39,558 nucleotides of DNA, taken from NCBI GenBank assembly GCA_964525635.1, contig CAZGJX010000028.1:1-39558 (forward strand), in the 5' to 3' direction. Below are positions 1 through 9,984 of the stretch, in pieces (within the stretch, counting starts at the first letter, position 1; each line of letters begins with the position of its first letter). Made by a program: the position numbers and the translations under genes. The DNA is from an uncultured archaeon (GTDB lineage Archaea; Asgardarchaeota; Lokiarchaeia; Sigyniarchaeales; SOKP01). The notes beneath the pieces are model-generated. The model made no database searches. It was not told where the DNA came from and saw only the letters and a program-made list of their open reading frames with translations.

Positions 1-71
1 TTTACAAAAAATAAATAAAAGGTGGTTCAATTATTATCTAAACAGACTTTTAAAATAAATAAAAAAAAAAA

Positions 72-2210
72 TTATAGTTTCTTTTTAACATAGATACATA
101 ATCCAATTATACTTATTATACCGACTAATATCCATGTTTCACCAAATGGGATACCTATATCGATATTTCTTAAAGGTAAAACAGTTACCTTTACAGTATC
201 TGATTTATAATGTCCCGCTTGATCAGAAATATTAATTGTATATATGTGTATACCAGGTGACAAGTCATCAATAGGAAGTGAATATACTGTAGCGTGAGTC
301 CATTGTCCACTATCAATAGTACTGCCATTTCTTGATATTATGTAAGATCCTGGGTAAAGATCCATACCTGCCCAATTTATATAATTTCCAACATCTCCTT
401 CTTTATAAGATTTTTCTGGAGGAATTAGTAGATCAGGAGGTAAAGCTTCAGAGACAATTACATCTATTGACATGGATGTAGTATTTTGTGCAAGATCAGT
501 AAATAAAATCTCGTATAAATAAGAACCTGATGACAATCCATCAACATTTAATAAAATTGGATCATTTGAAACCCATGTTCCATTATCAATAAGAGTAGGT
601 CCTCTATTTATTGTATAGTAGTTTGGATAGATATCATCAACAATTATAAGAAATTCATTGCCTATCATATCTTCTTCATAATGTATAACAAATGGATCAA
701 CAGGTTCAATTATTCTTGGTGCTAAATCATCAGAAATAAAAGAAGTATACATAACTTCGGAATCAAACGTTCCACCTGTGTTCCATATTCCACTAGAATA
801 ATCTCTCCATACTACATGAGCATAACAAGATTCATTCACTGCAATTTCTACTTCTAAACTACCATGATCATTCCAATAATACCCACCAGAACCATCAGAA
901 ATCACTGTAATATTTGACCATCCAATTCCTTCAAAATAACTCACATACATGATTTCAGAATCCGTAATAGGATCATTCGACCAATAACCTATCGTATAAT
1001 CTGTCCAAACTACATGAACTTTTCCAAAATTATCTACTGCAATTGCGGGTCCTCGACTATATCGATCATTCCAATGATTATTATCATCAGAAATCACTGT
1101 AATATTAGACCATAATATACCATCGGCAGAAGAGACATAGAATATTTCATTCTCAAAGGTAGTATCTTTCCAAAAGCCGTTGCTATCGTCATCCCATACA
1201 ACATGAATATTTCCAGAATTATCCACTGCTATTTTAGGCTTCTGACTAAGACCATCATTCCAATAATAATTATCAGAACCATCAGAAATTACTGAAGCAT
1301 TTGACCATATTATTCCATCACTTGAGGATATATACATAATTTCAGTGTCATTTCCCCACGTACCATTAGTTTCATCCTGCCATACAACATGGAATCTCCC
1401 TGAACTATCTATGACTATGTCTGGTCTAACACTTGCTCCTTTATTCCAATTTGTATTATCATCCGACAGAATCTTAATATTTGTCCATGTTATACCATCT
1501 ATAGATGATGTATGCATTATTTCCGTATCAGTTCCCCAAGGACCATCAGTTAAATCATACCAAATTACATGTATTCGACCAGTGGGATCTATATCTATAA
1601 CTGGACGAGATGAATCACCATCATTCCAGACAGAAGTATTATCAGAAATCACTACTGTATTTGACCACAGTATTCCATCTGTAGAGGAGGAATACATTAT
1701 TTCAGTTTCATGATAACCATTAGACCAAGAACCATGGGTTAAATCATACCATACTACATGAATTTTACCATTATTATCAATAGCTATATCAGGCCCTCGG
1801 CTAAGATTAGTATTCAGAAAAGCTCCATTATCAGAAACCACGGATGCACTGGACCATCCAATTCCTTCTTTATATGATCTATAGAATATTTCCTCATCAT
1901 AATCTGGATCATCTTTCCAAGGCCCATCAGCATCATCATGCCAAACAACATGTATTGTACCATTATTATCTATGGCAATATTAGGATCAAAACATTGATC
2001 ATCATTCCAATCTGTCTCATTATCAGAGAGAATTGTAACATTTGCATAAGTTAAAGAACTCAACTTCAATTCTTTCTCGTCAGTAACCAGTACATTATTA
2101 TTAACTGGATTTTCATCCCAAGAGTACATAATAGATACTGTACTTATATTAAAAAAAAATAGAAATATTAAAGATAATCCTATGATATTTATTTTTCTCA
2201 TTTTAAACAT
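72..2210 (-). CDS. Cell-surface protein: seven-repeat Asp-box/BNR-type beta-propeller, two Ig-like domains, C-terminal membrane anchor
   Basis: N-terminal basic plus hydrophobic signal. Seven ~62-aa repeats (SD..WN..S..P.IAID..G.IHVVW.D..EI.Y) with S-x-D-G-x-x-W Asp-boxes. Ends IPFG + hydrophobic helix + KKKL. Confidence 0.8.
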   Translation of the reverse strand: MFKMRKINIIGLSLIFLFFFNISTVSIMYSWDENPVNNNVLVTDEKELKLSSLTYANVTILSDNETDWNDDQCFDPNIAIDNNGTIHVVWHDDADGPWKDDPDYDEEIFYRSYKEGIGWSSASVVSDNGAFLNTNLSRGPDIAIDNNGKIHVVWYDLTHGSWSNGYHETEIMYSSSTDGILWSNTVVISDNTSVWNDGDSSRPVIDIDPTGRIHVIWYDLTDGPWGTDTEIMHTSSIDGITWTNIKILSDDNTNWNKGASVRPDIVIDSSGRFHVVWQDETNGTWGNDTEIMYISSSDGIIWSNASVISDGSDNYYWNDGLSQKPKIAVDNSGNIHVVWDDDSNGFWKDTTFENEIFYVSSADGILWSNITVISDDNNHWNDRYSRGPAIAVDNFGKVHVVWTDYTIGYWSNDPITDSEIMYVSYFEGIGWSNITVISDGSGGYYWNDHGSLEVEIAVNESCYAHVVWRDYSSGIWNTGGTFDSEVMYTSFISDDLAPRIIEPVDPFVIHYEEDMIGNEFLIIVDDIYPNYYTINRGPTLIDNGTWVSNDPILLNVDGLSSGSYLYEILFTDLAQNTTSMSIDVIVSEALPPDLLIPPEKSYKEGDVGNYINWAGMDLYPGSYIISRNGSTIDSGQWTHATVYSLPIDDLSPGIHIYTINISDQAGHYKSDTVKVTVLPLRNIDIGIPFGETWILVGIISIIGLCIYVKKKL

Positions 2211-2549
2211 CTTATTTATTCCAGAGTTAATTATAGTTAATTTTTATTTTCAAATAATTTTTATTTTATAGATATTCAAAAAATCTATAATTTTATTAAA
2301 TTAATAAGAATATAATTTATAAAGAATAAGGTAGGGTAGGGATTTCTCCATATATTAAATTAAAATTTGTATATATAATTAGAAAGTTGTTTTAGATACT
2401 CTAATATGTTATAAATGATAAAATATGTATTATATATAAAAATAAAATAGACTTTAAAATACTTTGTTTAAGCTAATTTAAAACTTATTTAAGAAATTTA
2501 TAATTCTATATGGAGATCTTTTTTTTTTAAAATTAAAATCTGTGTCTTT

Positions 2550-3881
2550 TTGATTCAAAATAATTTTTATTACAAGAATCATTATGATTTAAAGTGTATG
2601 AATAATAAGCAAATCAAAAAAGCATATTTCATATTTTTCTTTTTTTTTATATTCAATTTAAATACTGAATATCCTAATGTTAAACTCAACCTAAATAATG
2701 CATTATTAAAACCTTCAGTTATAATATCCCCTGATTATGATTATAATTTTACATATTATAGTGCGGGTAATATCCTAAAATTAAATATAACATCCGATGT
2801 AATTGTTGATCTGAATTTTAGCATTGATTCTTTATCATGGTTAGTTTTTGGCTCAAAACAACTTAAAATGGAAATTAATAACTCTGAATTTAATCATCCT
2901 TTAGAAATGAATTTTACAGCTTTATTAAATTGGTCAAATTATATTAATAATTTTCCCAATATTACAAAGTATAATAATTATCTTTTAGATTTTCAATATA
3001 ATTCTGTTTATAAATTAATTACAAATGATACAATTTCTAGATTGACTTTTAGTTTTATAAAAATACCTATTTTTGGATTAGATCAAGGTGATCAATATTC
3101 CATCGGATATTATACTAATCAAAGCGATTTAAAATTAATTGATACAATAGAAATAGAAGGCATAGGATATAATTTTTTAGAAGGATCTATTGAAAACCTA
3201 CAAAGTAATACTGACTATTATATAACAATATTTAAAATAGAAAAAATTATTCCCGTTGGTTTAGATCTCCCTCTCATTATTACATTATCCATACTAATAC
3301 CAATATCTATATTTTCAGCTATTTATATAATTAGTGTCATATCTAAAAGAGATTATATAAATAAATTAAAAAAAAGACCTCAATTATTTCCAACAGGAGT
3401 ACATAGATTATCTATAGATGAGGTACTCGAAAATGAAAATAGAAGTAAGATTATAGATTTGATATTAAAAAATCCAGGTATTCATTTTAGTGAGTTACTT
3501 CGAAAAACAGACTTAGCATCAGGAAATTTAGTATGGCATTTAGAAATCTTAGACACTTATAAGATAATTAAAAAAGAAACTATGGAAAGTTATGTGTTGT
3601 ATTTTCCTTATTTGGATAAAAACCCAATCTCTAACATTGATTTAAAACTTCGAAAAAGTGAACTTACCCTAAAAAGTTTAAAAAAAATTGAAGAAGAACC
3701 AGGAATTTGGAATAATAAGTTAGCTCATTCGCTTCAAATAAATAGAAAGACAATTGAATATCATATTAAAAAATTAATTGATTTGGAATTGATATATATC
3801 AAGAAAGAAGGAAATATAAATAGACTCTTTCCAAATTTAGAGGCAGAATATTTTGACAATAAGAACAATAATAATCCCTAA
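2550..3881 (+). CDS. Membrane-anchored winged-helix transcription regulator (extracellular N-domain, one TM helix, tandem wHTH)
   Basis: TM segment LPLIITLSILIPISIFSAIYIISVI, then ENENRSKIIDLILKNPGIHFSELLR..LVWHL and a second HTH (EEPGIWNNKLA..IEYHIKKL). True start is probably ATG 2598. Confidence 0.8.
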   Translation: MIQNNFYYKNHYDLKCMNNKQIKKAYFIFFFFFIFNLNTEYPNVKLNLNNALLKPSVIISPDYDYNFTYYSAGNILKLNITSDVIVDLNFSIDSLSWLVFGSKQLKMEINNSEFNHPLEMNFTALLNWSNYINNFPNITKYNNYLLDFQYNSVYKLITNDTISRLTFSFIKIPIFGLDQGDQYSIGYYTNQSDLKLIDTIEIEGIGYNFLEGSIENLQSNTDYYITIFKIEKIIPVGLDLPLIITLSILIPISIFSAIYIISVISKRDYINKLKKRPQLFPTGVHRLSIDEVLENENRSKIIDLILKNPGIHFSELLRKTDLASGNLVWHLEILDTYKIIKKETMESYVLYFPYLDKNPISNIDLKLRKSELTLKSLKKIEEEPGIWNNKLAHSLQINRKTIEYHIKKLIDLELIYIKKEGNINRLFPNLEAEYFDNKNNNNP

Positions 3882-3979
3882 TAAAATTAAAACAATAATT
3901 TTATAATAATTAACAATTATGTACTCATGAATTGTCTTTATATATATTAAAATGATAGTTATAAATTTATCAAAATAGA

Positions 3980-6055
3980 ATGGTCTATTTTTTCGAATTA
4001 ATTAAAAATGGTATGGGTTTTTCAAGAATTGGAAAAATAAAACTTTCTAAGTCATTTAAGAATTCTATGAACACACCAAATATCATTATTCCCTTTAATC
4101 AATTTCTCGCCAATAACGCAGAATTTATCGATTCTTTCGGATGTCAAGAGATTTTTTTAATCACAGAGACAAAATATCTGAAAGATGAGTTTTTAAATAA
4201 AAGATTCATTGATTCTATTTTTATATTTGCATATGATGGGACTTTAAATAGATTTCAAGAAATTTTAGAAGAAAAAAAGCAAATATTTCAGTCTAGTAAT
4301 ATCATTCCAATAATTCCATTCAATATACCAACAACATCAATTAATAAAGAGTTTTCAAATCAAGAAATACAAAAACATTTAGAAAAAGCTGAGAAAATTC
4401 TTTTTGATTACCCAGATATTGATTTTGGAATTTCTATTAAACTTTTTGAATACTCTGAATTATTTAATCTATATATTCCTATAATTAGACACAATTCAAA
4501 TATAAAGATTTTAAATTTCCCAGATCTTTTTCATAATTTAGCTCGTTATCGAAAGATTATCGAATTAATTATCGAAATTAGAGGAAATCTTGATAATAAT
4601 CTAGTTTTAATGGTTTCTGGTAAATTAGTATCAAATTATTTACCAATACTCATTTATTTAGGATTTGATTTGATTGATAGTTCATATCTTTTATCCATAT
4701 CTTTAGAAAATTATTATGATTCTATAGAGTCTTTATTACCAATCTATAAAATGAAATTTCTCCCATGTAATTGTTCATCATGTAATGGAAAGTTAGGGGC
4801 TTTATTAGGAGATAAACACTCAATAGAAAAAATTGACTTGTTATGTTATCATAACCTAATAACAATAAATAATTATATGAAGAAAACTCTCCAATATCTT
4901 CATACTGAAGATATAAGAGCGTTTATTGAAAAAACTTCCTTTAATGATTTGAATTTTATCTCATTATTAAAAATACTGGATAAAAATTATTTTAAGTATA
5001 TAAAAGGTTATACGAAATTAATTCAAAAAAATAAAATAATAAATTGTTTAGGCCCATCATCTTATTATCGCCCTGATTTTGTACATTTTAGAAATAAGGT
5101 AATTAATAATTTTGAACCTGAAAATTGGACAAAATTAATTATAATATTTCCATGTTCAGCAAAAAAACCATATTCTCAATCAAAATCACATCGAATATTT
5201 CAAAAAATAACAAGAAAATATCCTGAATTTCCAACTATTCAGGAAATTATATTAACCTCACCTTTGGGGGCTATTCCAAGACAATTGGAAGATATTTATC
5301 CAGTTAATTCTTATGATATTTCCGTAACTGGGGAATGGAATGAAGAAGAGATTGAGATTGCCTCTGATATGCTTTATAATCTATTAATTAAATATGATAA
5401 AGGGATACCTATAATTTGTCATCTTGATGGAGGATATCTTGAAATAATTGAAGAAGCTAAAAAAAACCTTAATTATAATTTCATATATACAAACATAAAA
5501 GATCATCCGACTTCTGTTGAATCAATGAATTCTCTAAATATATTAATTCAAAAATATATATCTGAATTTATTCCAAAAACTAAGAACTCTGAAGACAGTT
5601 ATTTATCGAATAGTTGGATAAGAAAATTTATAAAGATCATTGATTACCAATTTGGGAAAGGATTTGGGATAAAATTAATATCTAAAAATTTGAAATATAG
5701 AAGAAATAAAAAATATACTAAAATGGAGTTATTTAATTCAGAAACAAAAGAAAAACTTGGAATTTTTGAATCTTCAACGGGAAAAATTAATCTTACTATA
5801 AAAGGTGCTGAAAAAATAGCTTTTATGGATAATTTTTCAAATTACATCATTTTTGATGGTAATCAAATTAAAGGTAATACCTTATTTAGAGTAGGGATAA
5901 TTTATTTTTCTCCAAATTTATTACCTGATGATAATGTTTGTGTTTTTGACAAAGAAAAAAAAAAAGTAATTGCAGTTGGAAATATGATTATTGGTTCTGA
6001 ATATATAAAAAATACTACTTCAGGAAGAGTTGTAAAATTTTATGAAACAAGATAA
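3980..6055 (+). CDS. arcS: Archaeosine synthase subunit alpha (ArcS/TgtA2)
   Basis: TGT-like N-terminus with CxCxxC..H zinc site, PCSAKKPYSQSKSH and TSPLGAIPRQLE..YP...YD motifs, C-terminal PUA-like domain. Overlaps the RaSEA gene. Confidence 0.9.
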   Translation: MVYFFELIKNGMGFSRIGKIKLSKSFKNSMNTPNIIIPFNQFLANNAEFIDSFGCQEIFLITETKYLKDEFLNKRFIDSIFIFAYDGTLNRFQEILEEKKQIFQSSNIIPIIPFNIPTTSINKEFSNQEIQKHLEKAEKILFDYPDIDFGISIKLFEYSELFNLYIPIIRHNSNIKILNFPDLFHNLARYRKIIELIIEIRGNLDNNLVLMVSGKLVSNYLPILIYLGFDLIDSSYLLSISLENYYDSIESLLPIYKMKFLPCNCSSCNGKLGALLGDKHSIEKIDLLCYHNLITINNYMKKTLQYLHTEDIRAFIEKTSFNDLNFISLLKILDKNYFKYIKGYTKLIQKNKIINCLGPSSYYRPDFVHFRNKVINNFEPENWTKLIIIFPCSAKKPYSQSKSHRIFQKITRKYPEFPTIQEIILTSPLGAIPRQLEDIYPVNSYDISVTGEWNEEEIEIASDMLYNLLIKYDKGIPIICHLDGGYLEIIEEAKKNLNYNFIYTNIKDHPTSVESMNSLNILIQKYISEFIPKTKNSEDSYLSNSWIRKFIKIIDYQFGKGFGIKLISKNLKYRRNKKYTKMELFNSETKEKLGIFESSTGKINLTIKGAEKIAFMDNFSNYIIFDGNQIKGNTLFRVGIIYFSPNLLPDDNVCVFDKEKKKVIAVGNMIIGSEYIKNTTSGRVVKFYETR

Positions 6056-7136
6056 TAATGCCAAAAACTATAATTCTTTAGATAAAGAAATAGATAAAAT
6101 AAGAAAAATCTCAATAAGAAGAAAAAAACAATTTTCTGAAAATGAACTGAATAAACCAGTCAGTTTTTGGACAAAAAAAGAACGATTAATTGATGGTATA
6201 GGTAAAGAATTCACGATTATATTAAGAACTAAAGGATGTTACTGGGCTTTGGAACATGCTGGTTGCTCAATGTGTGGTTATATTCAGGATGCTAATATAA
6301 AAAATGTGGATTCTCAACAAATTATTAATCAATTTAATTATGCTTTCGAAAATAAAATAGAAGAAATTCTAAATGATACTGATGATTACATTTTAAAAAT
6401 ATTTAATTCAGGAAGTTTTTTCGATAATTCTGAAATTTCTGAAGATGTAAGAATTTATATTTATAAAAAAGTAGCTGAAATATCTAAAATCAAGGAATTC
6501 ATTGTCGAGTCTAGAATAGAATTCATAGATAAGAAACAATTAAAAGAAATGCTGAAATACCTAAAAAATACATATATAGAAATAGGTATCGGACTTGAGA
6601 CTGTAGATGATCATATTAGAAATAATTATATTAATAAAAATCTATTCTTTCTTGATTTTATAGAAACATTAAAATTATGTCAGAAAATGGGTATTGGGAT
6701 TAAAGCATATCTTTTATTCAAACCTCCTTTTCTAAACGAACAAGCAGCAATAGATGATTGTACAAATTCGATAAAAACACTCATTTCTTATAATATAAAC
6801 TCTATTTCAGTCAATCCTTGCAATATTCAAAAAGGTTCACTTGTAGAGTATTTATGGTATCAAAAACGATATAGACCACCATGGTTTTATTCCTTATTTG
6901 AATGTTTTAAAAGATCATTAACTAAATCAGATCTAAGTAAAATTCGTATATTGTGTGATCCTTCTGGAATTGGTACAAAAAGAGGTATTCATAATTGTTT
7001 AAAGGGGGAATGTAATAAAAATATGAAACAGAAACTGAAACAATTTATCCTTAACCAAAACTTGGATGAGTTAAATATAGCAGATTTTGAATGTAATTGT
7101 TGGAGGAAATATCAAATTCAAAAATCGTATATATAA
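6042..7136 (+). CDS. raSEA: Archaeosine biosynthesis radical SAM enzyme RaSEA
   Basis: ILRTKGCYW..GCSMCGY elongated cluster motif, KIFNSGSFFD, VESRIEF, IGLET, KAYLLFKPPFL, YRPPW, RGIHNC. Overlaps the end of arcS. Confidence 0.9.
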   Translation: MKQDNNAKNYNSLDKEIDKIRKISIRRKKQFSENELNKPVSFWTKKERLIDGIGKEFTIILRTKGCYWALEHAGCSMCGYIQDANIKNVDSQQIINQFNYAFENKIEEILNDTDDYILKIFNSGSFFDNSEISEDVRIYIYKKVAEISKIKEFIVESRIEFIDKKQLKEMLKYLKNTYIEIGIGLETVDDHIRNNYINKNLFFLDFIETLKLCQKMGIGIKAYLLFKPPFLNEQAAIDDCTNSIKTLISYNINSISVNPCNIQKGSLVEYLWYQKRYRPPWFYSLFECFKRSLTKSDLSKIRILCDPSGIGTKRGIHNCLKGECNKNMKQKLKQFILNQNLDELNIADFECNCWRKYQIQKSYI

Positions 7137-7355
7137 TAAAATTATAAAAAGTAAATTACATATTTAGATATTTTATAAATTAATGAAAGAATTTTCTGAA
7201 AATAATCGGTAAAATTCTTCTATTATGAAAAAAAAATTATTATTTTTTCGAAAAACCTTAAGATTTATATATTGACAATAAATTAAATTAGTTTAAAGAA
7301 TTACCTGAGATCATAATAACGAAAAAGGATATAGTAATAAATTGAGGTTTAATTT

Positions 7356-7604
7356 TTGAATTGGGTTAAATTAGATTTATTTCATTTAGGTATGTCTAAT
7401 AAGAAACATCAAATCTTTAGAGCTACTAAATGGAATAGGAATTTCGAAAAAATATTAAAAAAACCAATTTACAATGAAGAATATAAAAATATTGGCTTTG
7501 TTAAAGATATTTTTGGTCCAATGAAGATGCCTTTTATTTCAATTAAAACAAAACCTAATGAAGAAATAGACTCAAATACCAATTTTTACGTAAAATTTAA
7601 ATGA
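7356..7604 (+). CDS. gar1: H/ACA ribonucleoprotein subunit Gar1
   Basis: IGFVKDIFGPMKMPFISIK motif, ~80 aa. Lies directly upstream of tfb, a common archaeal arrangement. Confidence 0.85.
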   Translation: MNWVKLDLFHLGMSNKKHQIFRATKWNRNFEKILKKPIYNEEYKNIGFVKDIFGPMKMPFISIKTKPNEEIDSNTNFYVKFK

Positions 7605-7647
7605 TTTTTAAGGAATAATAACGATTTATTAATACAATTTTCTAAGG

Positions 7648-8607
7648 GTGTATCTTATTTCAAGTTGGAAAGAATCAAAATCCGTTTCTGATAATCTTAG
7701 TACAGAAAAGAATATTTGTAATGAGTGTGGAGAAAGCATTTTTTTTGATGAGAATAGAGGATTATTAGTATGTGAGAATTGCGGTTTAGTCCATTTAGAA
7801 AAGTCTATAGATCGAGGGCCTGAGTGGAGAGCTTTTAATTCAGAACAAAAGAAAAAAAGAACAAGAACTGGAGCTCCCATGACTTATATGATCCATGATA
7901 AGGGCTTGAGTACAATGATAGATTGGAAAAATCGCGATATTTATGGGAAAGAAATTCCTGCAAAATTAAGGGGACAAATTCATAGATTAAGGAAATGGCA
8001 GAGTAGAATTAGAGTTTGTGATGCTACAGAAAGAAACCTAACATTTGCTTTGAGTGAACTTGATCGTATGGCATCAAATATGGATCTGCAGAAGAATTTA
8101 AGAGAATGTTCAGCAAAAATCTATAGAAGTGCTGTAGAAAAGCATCTTATTCGAGGTAGAAGTATAGAAGGAGTTGCAGCAGCAAGTTTATATGCCGCTT
8201 GTAGAATGTATAAAGTTCCAAGAACTTTGACTGAAATAGCTGAAATAGCTCGAGTAGATAAAAAAGAGATTGGACGATCTTTTAGATTTATATCAAATGA
8301 ACTTGACTTAAATCTAAATCCAACGAAACCTTTAGATTTTCTCACTAGATTCATTTCAGAATTAGAATTATCTAATGAATGTCATAAAATAGCAAAAAAG
8401 ATAATTAAGATGGCCTCAGAACGTGGTCTGACCTCCGGAAGAGGGCCAACAGGTGTTTGTGCTGCAGCAATTTATGCCGCAACATTAATTGCAAGAGAAC
8501 GGCGAACACAAAAAATAATTGCACAAGTTTCACAAGTTACGGAAGTAACAGTTCGTAATCGTTTCAGTGAACTTGTTGAAAATTTATCTCTCTCTTTAAA
8601 AAGATAA
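7648..8607 (+). CDS. tfb: Transcription initiation factor IIB
   Basis: Zn ribbon CxxC..CxxC, GPEWRAF B-finger, HDKGLST, cyclin folds (RGRSIEGVAAASLY; TEVTVRNRF). Exact start uncertain. Confidence 0.97.
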   Translation: MYLISSWKESKSVSDNLSTEKNICNECGESIFFDENRGLLVCENCGLVHLEKSIDRGPEWRAFNSEQKKKRTRTGAPMTYMIHDKGLSTMIDWKNRDIYGKEIPAKLRGQIHRLRKWQSRIRVCDATERNLTFALSELDRMASNMDLQKNLRECSAKIYRSAVEKHLIRGRSIEGVAAASLYAACRMYKVPRTLTEIAEIARVDKKEIGRSFRFISNELDLNLNPTKPLDFLTRFISELELSNECHKIAKKIIKMASERGLTSGRGPTGVCAAAIYAATLIARERRTQKIIAQVSQVTEVTVRNRFSELVENLSLSLKR

Positions 8608-8771
8608 ATATTTATGCTTTCAAGTATCAATAAAAGGCAATAATAGCTTATTTTTTTTTTTAATTTATAGTTATTTATACTTTAAATTTCGTGGTTTATG
8701 TATTATTTGAATGTTATTCTGATTTAATAATCTAATTCCTTATCATTTATTTATTAAAATTATATACAGAA

Positions 8772-9119
8772 GTGATTTTAATAATTAAAGATATTTTAAG
8801 TCAAAATCAGGTTGTTGACTTTCTTAATAATGTTATTAAAAATTTTCCGAATTTTGCAGCAGGGGTGATTGCTGATTATCATGGCTTTCCAATTGTTTCT
8901 AAAATACCTAATAAATTTCCTTATAAAGAACATGAACTTGCTTTAGAAACAATAGTAAAAAATAGAACTTTTATTGATAAATCAAATTATATCAAAGTAG
9001 AAAGAAGCCTAAATAGAGATGAGACGATAAAACTCCTAATATTGCTTAAAAGGCCAAATAAAAATATTTATGGCTATAAAAGTCTGGAAATGATTATAAA
9101 AAGACAAATGCTCTTTTAA
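8772..9119 (+). CDS. Hypothetical protein, possibly divergent roadblock/profilin-like fold
   Basis: Helix then AAGVIADYHGFPIVS, resembling the roadblock beta-hairpin. Adjacent to a clear roadblock gene. Confidence 0.5.
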   Translation: MILIIKDILSQNQVVDFLNNVIKNFPNFAAGVIADYHGFPIVSKIPNKFPYKEHELALETIVKNRTFIDKSNYIKVERSLNRDETIKLLILLKRPNKNIYGYKSLEMIIKRQMLF

Positions 9120-9346
9120 AATCCAAAATAATAAACTTGAGACTATATGTTTTTATTTTCGTTATATTCGTAGGAATAATTATTCCATTCCTTAATTATT
9201 TAAGTACTAAATATTATTTGTATGATAATAGGTTTAGGGTTAAAAAAATTAAATCATATAAGGTAGTTTGGATTTTTTTATATTAAACTAAAAAAAAAAC
9301 AAAACAAAGAATTAGAAAAAAAAAAATATTAGGTTGAAAATAAATT

Positions 9347-9811
9347 ATGAGTTATGAAGATGAGGTAATGTTAAAGAAAATATTGAATGCAATCATTAAT
9401 AGTGCAGCAGGTGTTAGATATGCAATCATTATTGATGAAACAGGAATAACATTACTTAGTCAATCTAAATTTAGGCTTTCTGATGATATAACTTCGGTCG
9501 AGAAAATTGGCGCTATTGGTGGTGCAGTATTCATGGCTGGTGAAGAACAGGGAATGATTCTTGGATATGGGAATATTGATTTACAAATTACAGAATATAA
9601 TAAAGGAATGATCTTTTCAATGAAAATTGGGGGAGGAGTATTATGTATAGCTACAGAAAAAAATATCAATATAGGATTTATTCGAGCTGTAATGAAGAAA
9701 TGGGCACCTAAACTAGAAAACCTATTGGATCGTTATTTAGAGGTTAGTGAAAATGTAGCGAATAAAGAATTAAAAGAATTATTTAATTCTGATACAGTAA
9801 GTTTTTTCTAA
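9347..9811 (+). CDS. Roadblock/LC7 (MglB/LAMTOR-like) domain protein
   Basis: GVRYAIIIDETGITL..EKIGAIGGAVF..ITEYNKGMIF..GVLCIATE..NIGFIR pattern. Confidence 0.85.
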   Translation: MSYEDEVMLKKILNAIINSAAGVRYAIIIDETGITLLSQSKFRLSDDITSVEKIGAIGGAVFMAGEEQGMILGYGNIDLQITEYNKGMIFSMKIGGGVLCIATEKNINIGFIRAVMKKWAPKLENLLDRYLEVSENVANKELKELFNSDTVSFF

Positions 9812-9984
9812 ACTTTGTTTATATCTTTTTTAAAATAAAATTAATTAGTGATCTTTATTTTTTTGGAGAAATATTAGCGTAAATTCAATTTATGGTAATT
9901 TTTAAATAAATAATATGAAATAAAGATCATATTTCTTTAAAATAATTTATATTTAAAAAGAAAATAATAATAAGATACATAGAC

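Noticed and set aside
1345-1713. 122-aa plus-strand ORF
   Set aside because: Antisense shadow of the repeat-containing surface protein.
860-2040. DNA-level repeats (e.g. ATCAGAAATCACTGTAAT) as CRISPR or tandem repeats
   Set aside because: They are the coding repeats of the propeller blades, degenerate and in frame.
7629-9669. Short minus-strand ORFs (7629-7880, 8121-8354, 9460-9669)
   Set aside because: Antisense to tfb and the roadblock gene; no motifs.
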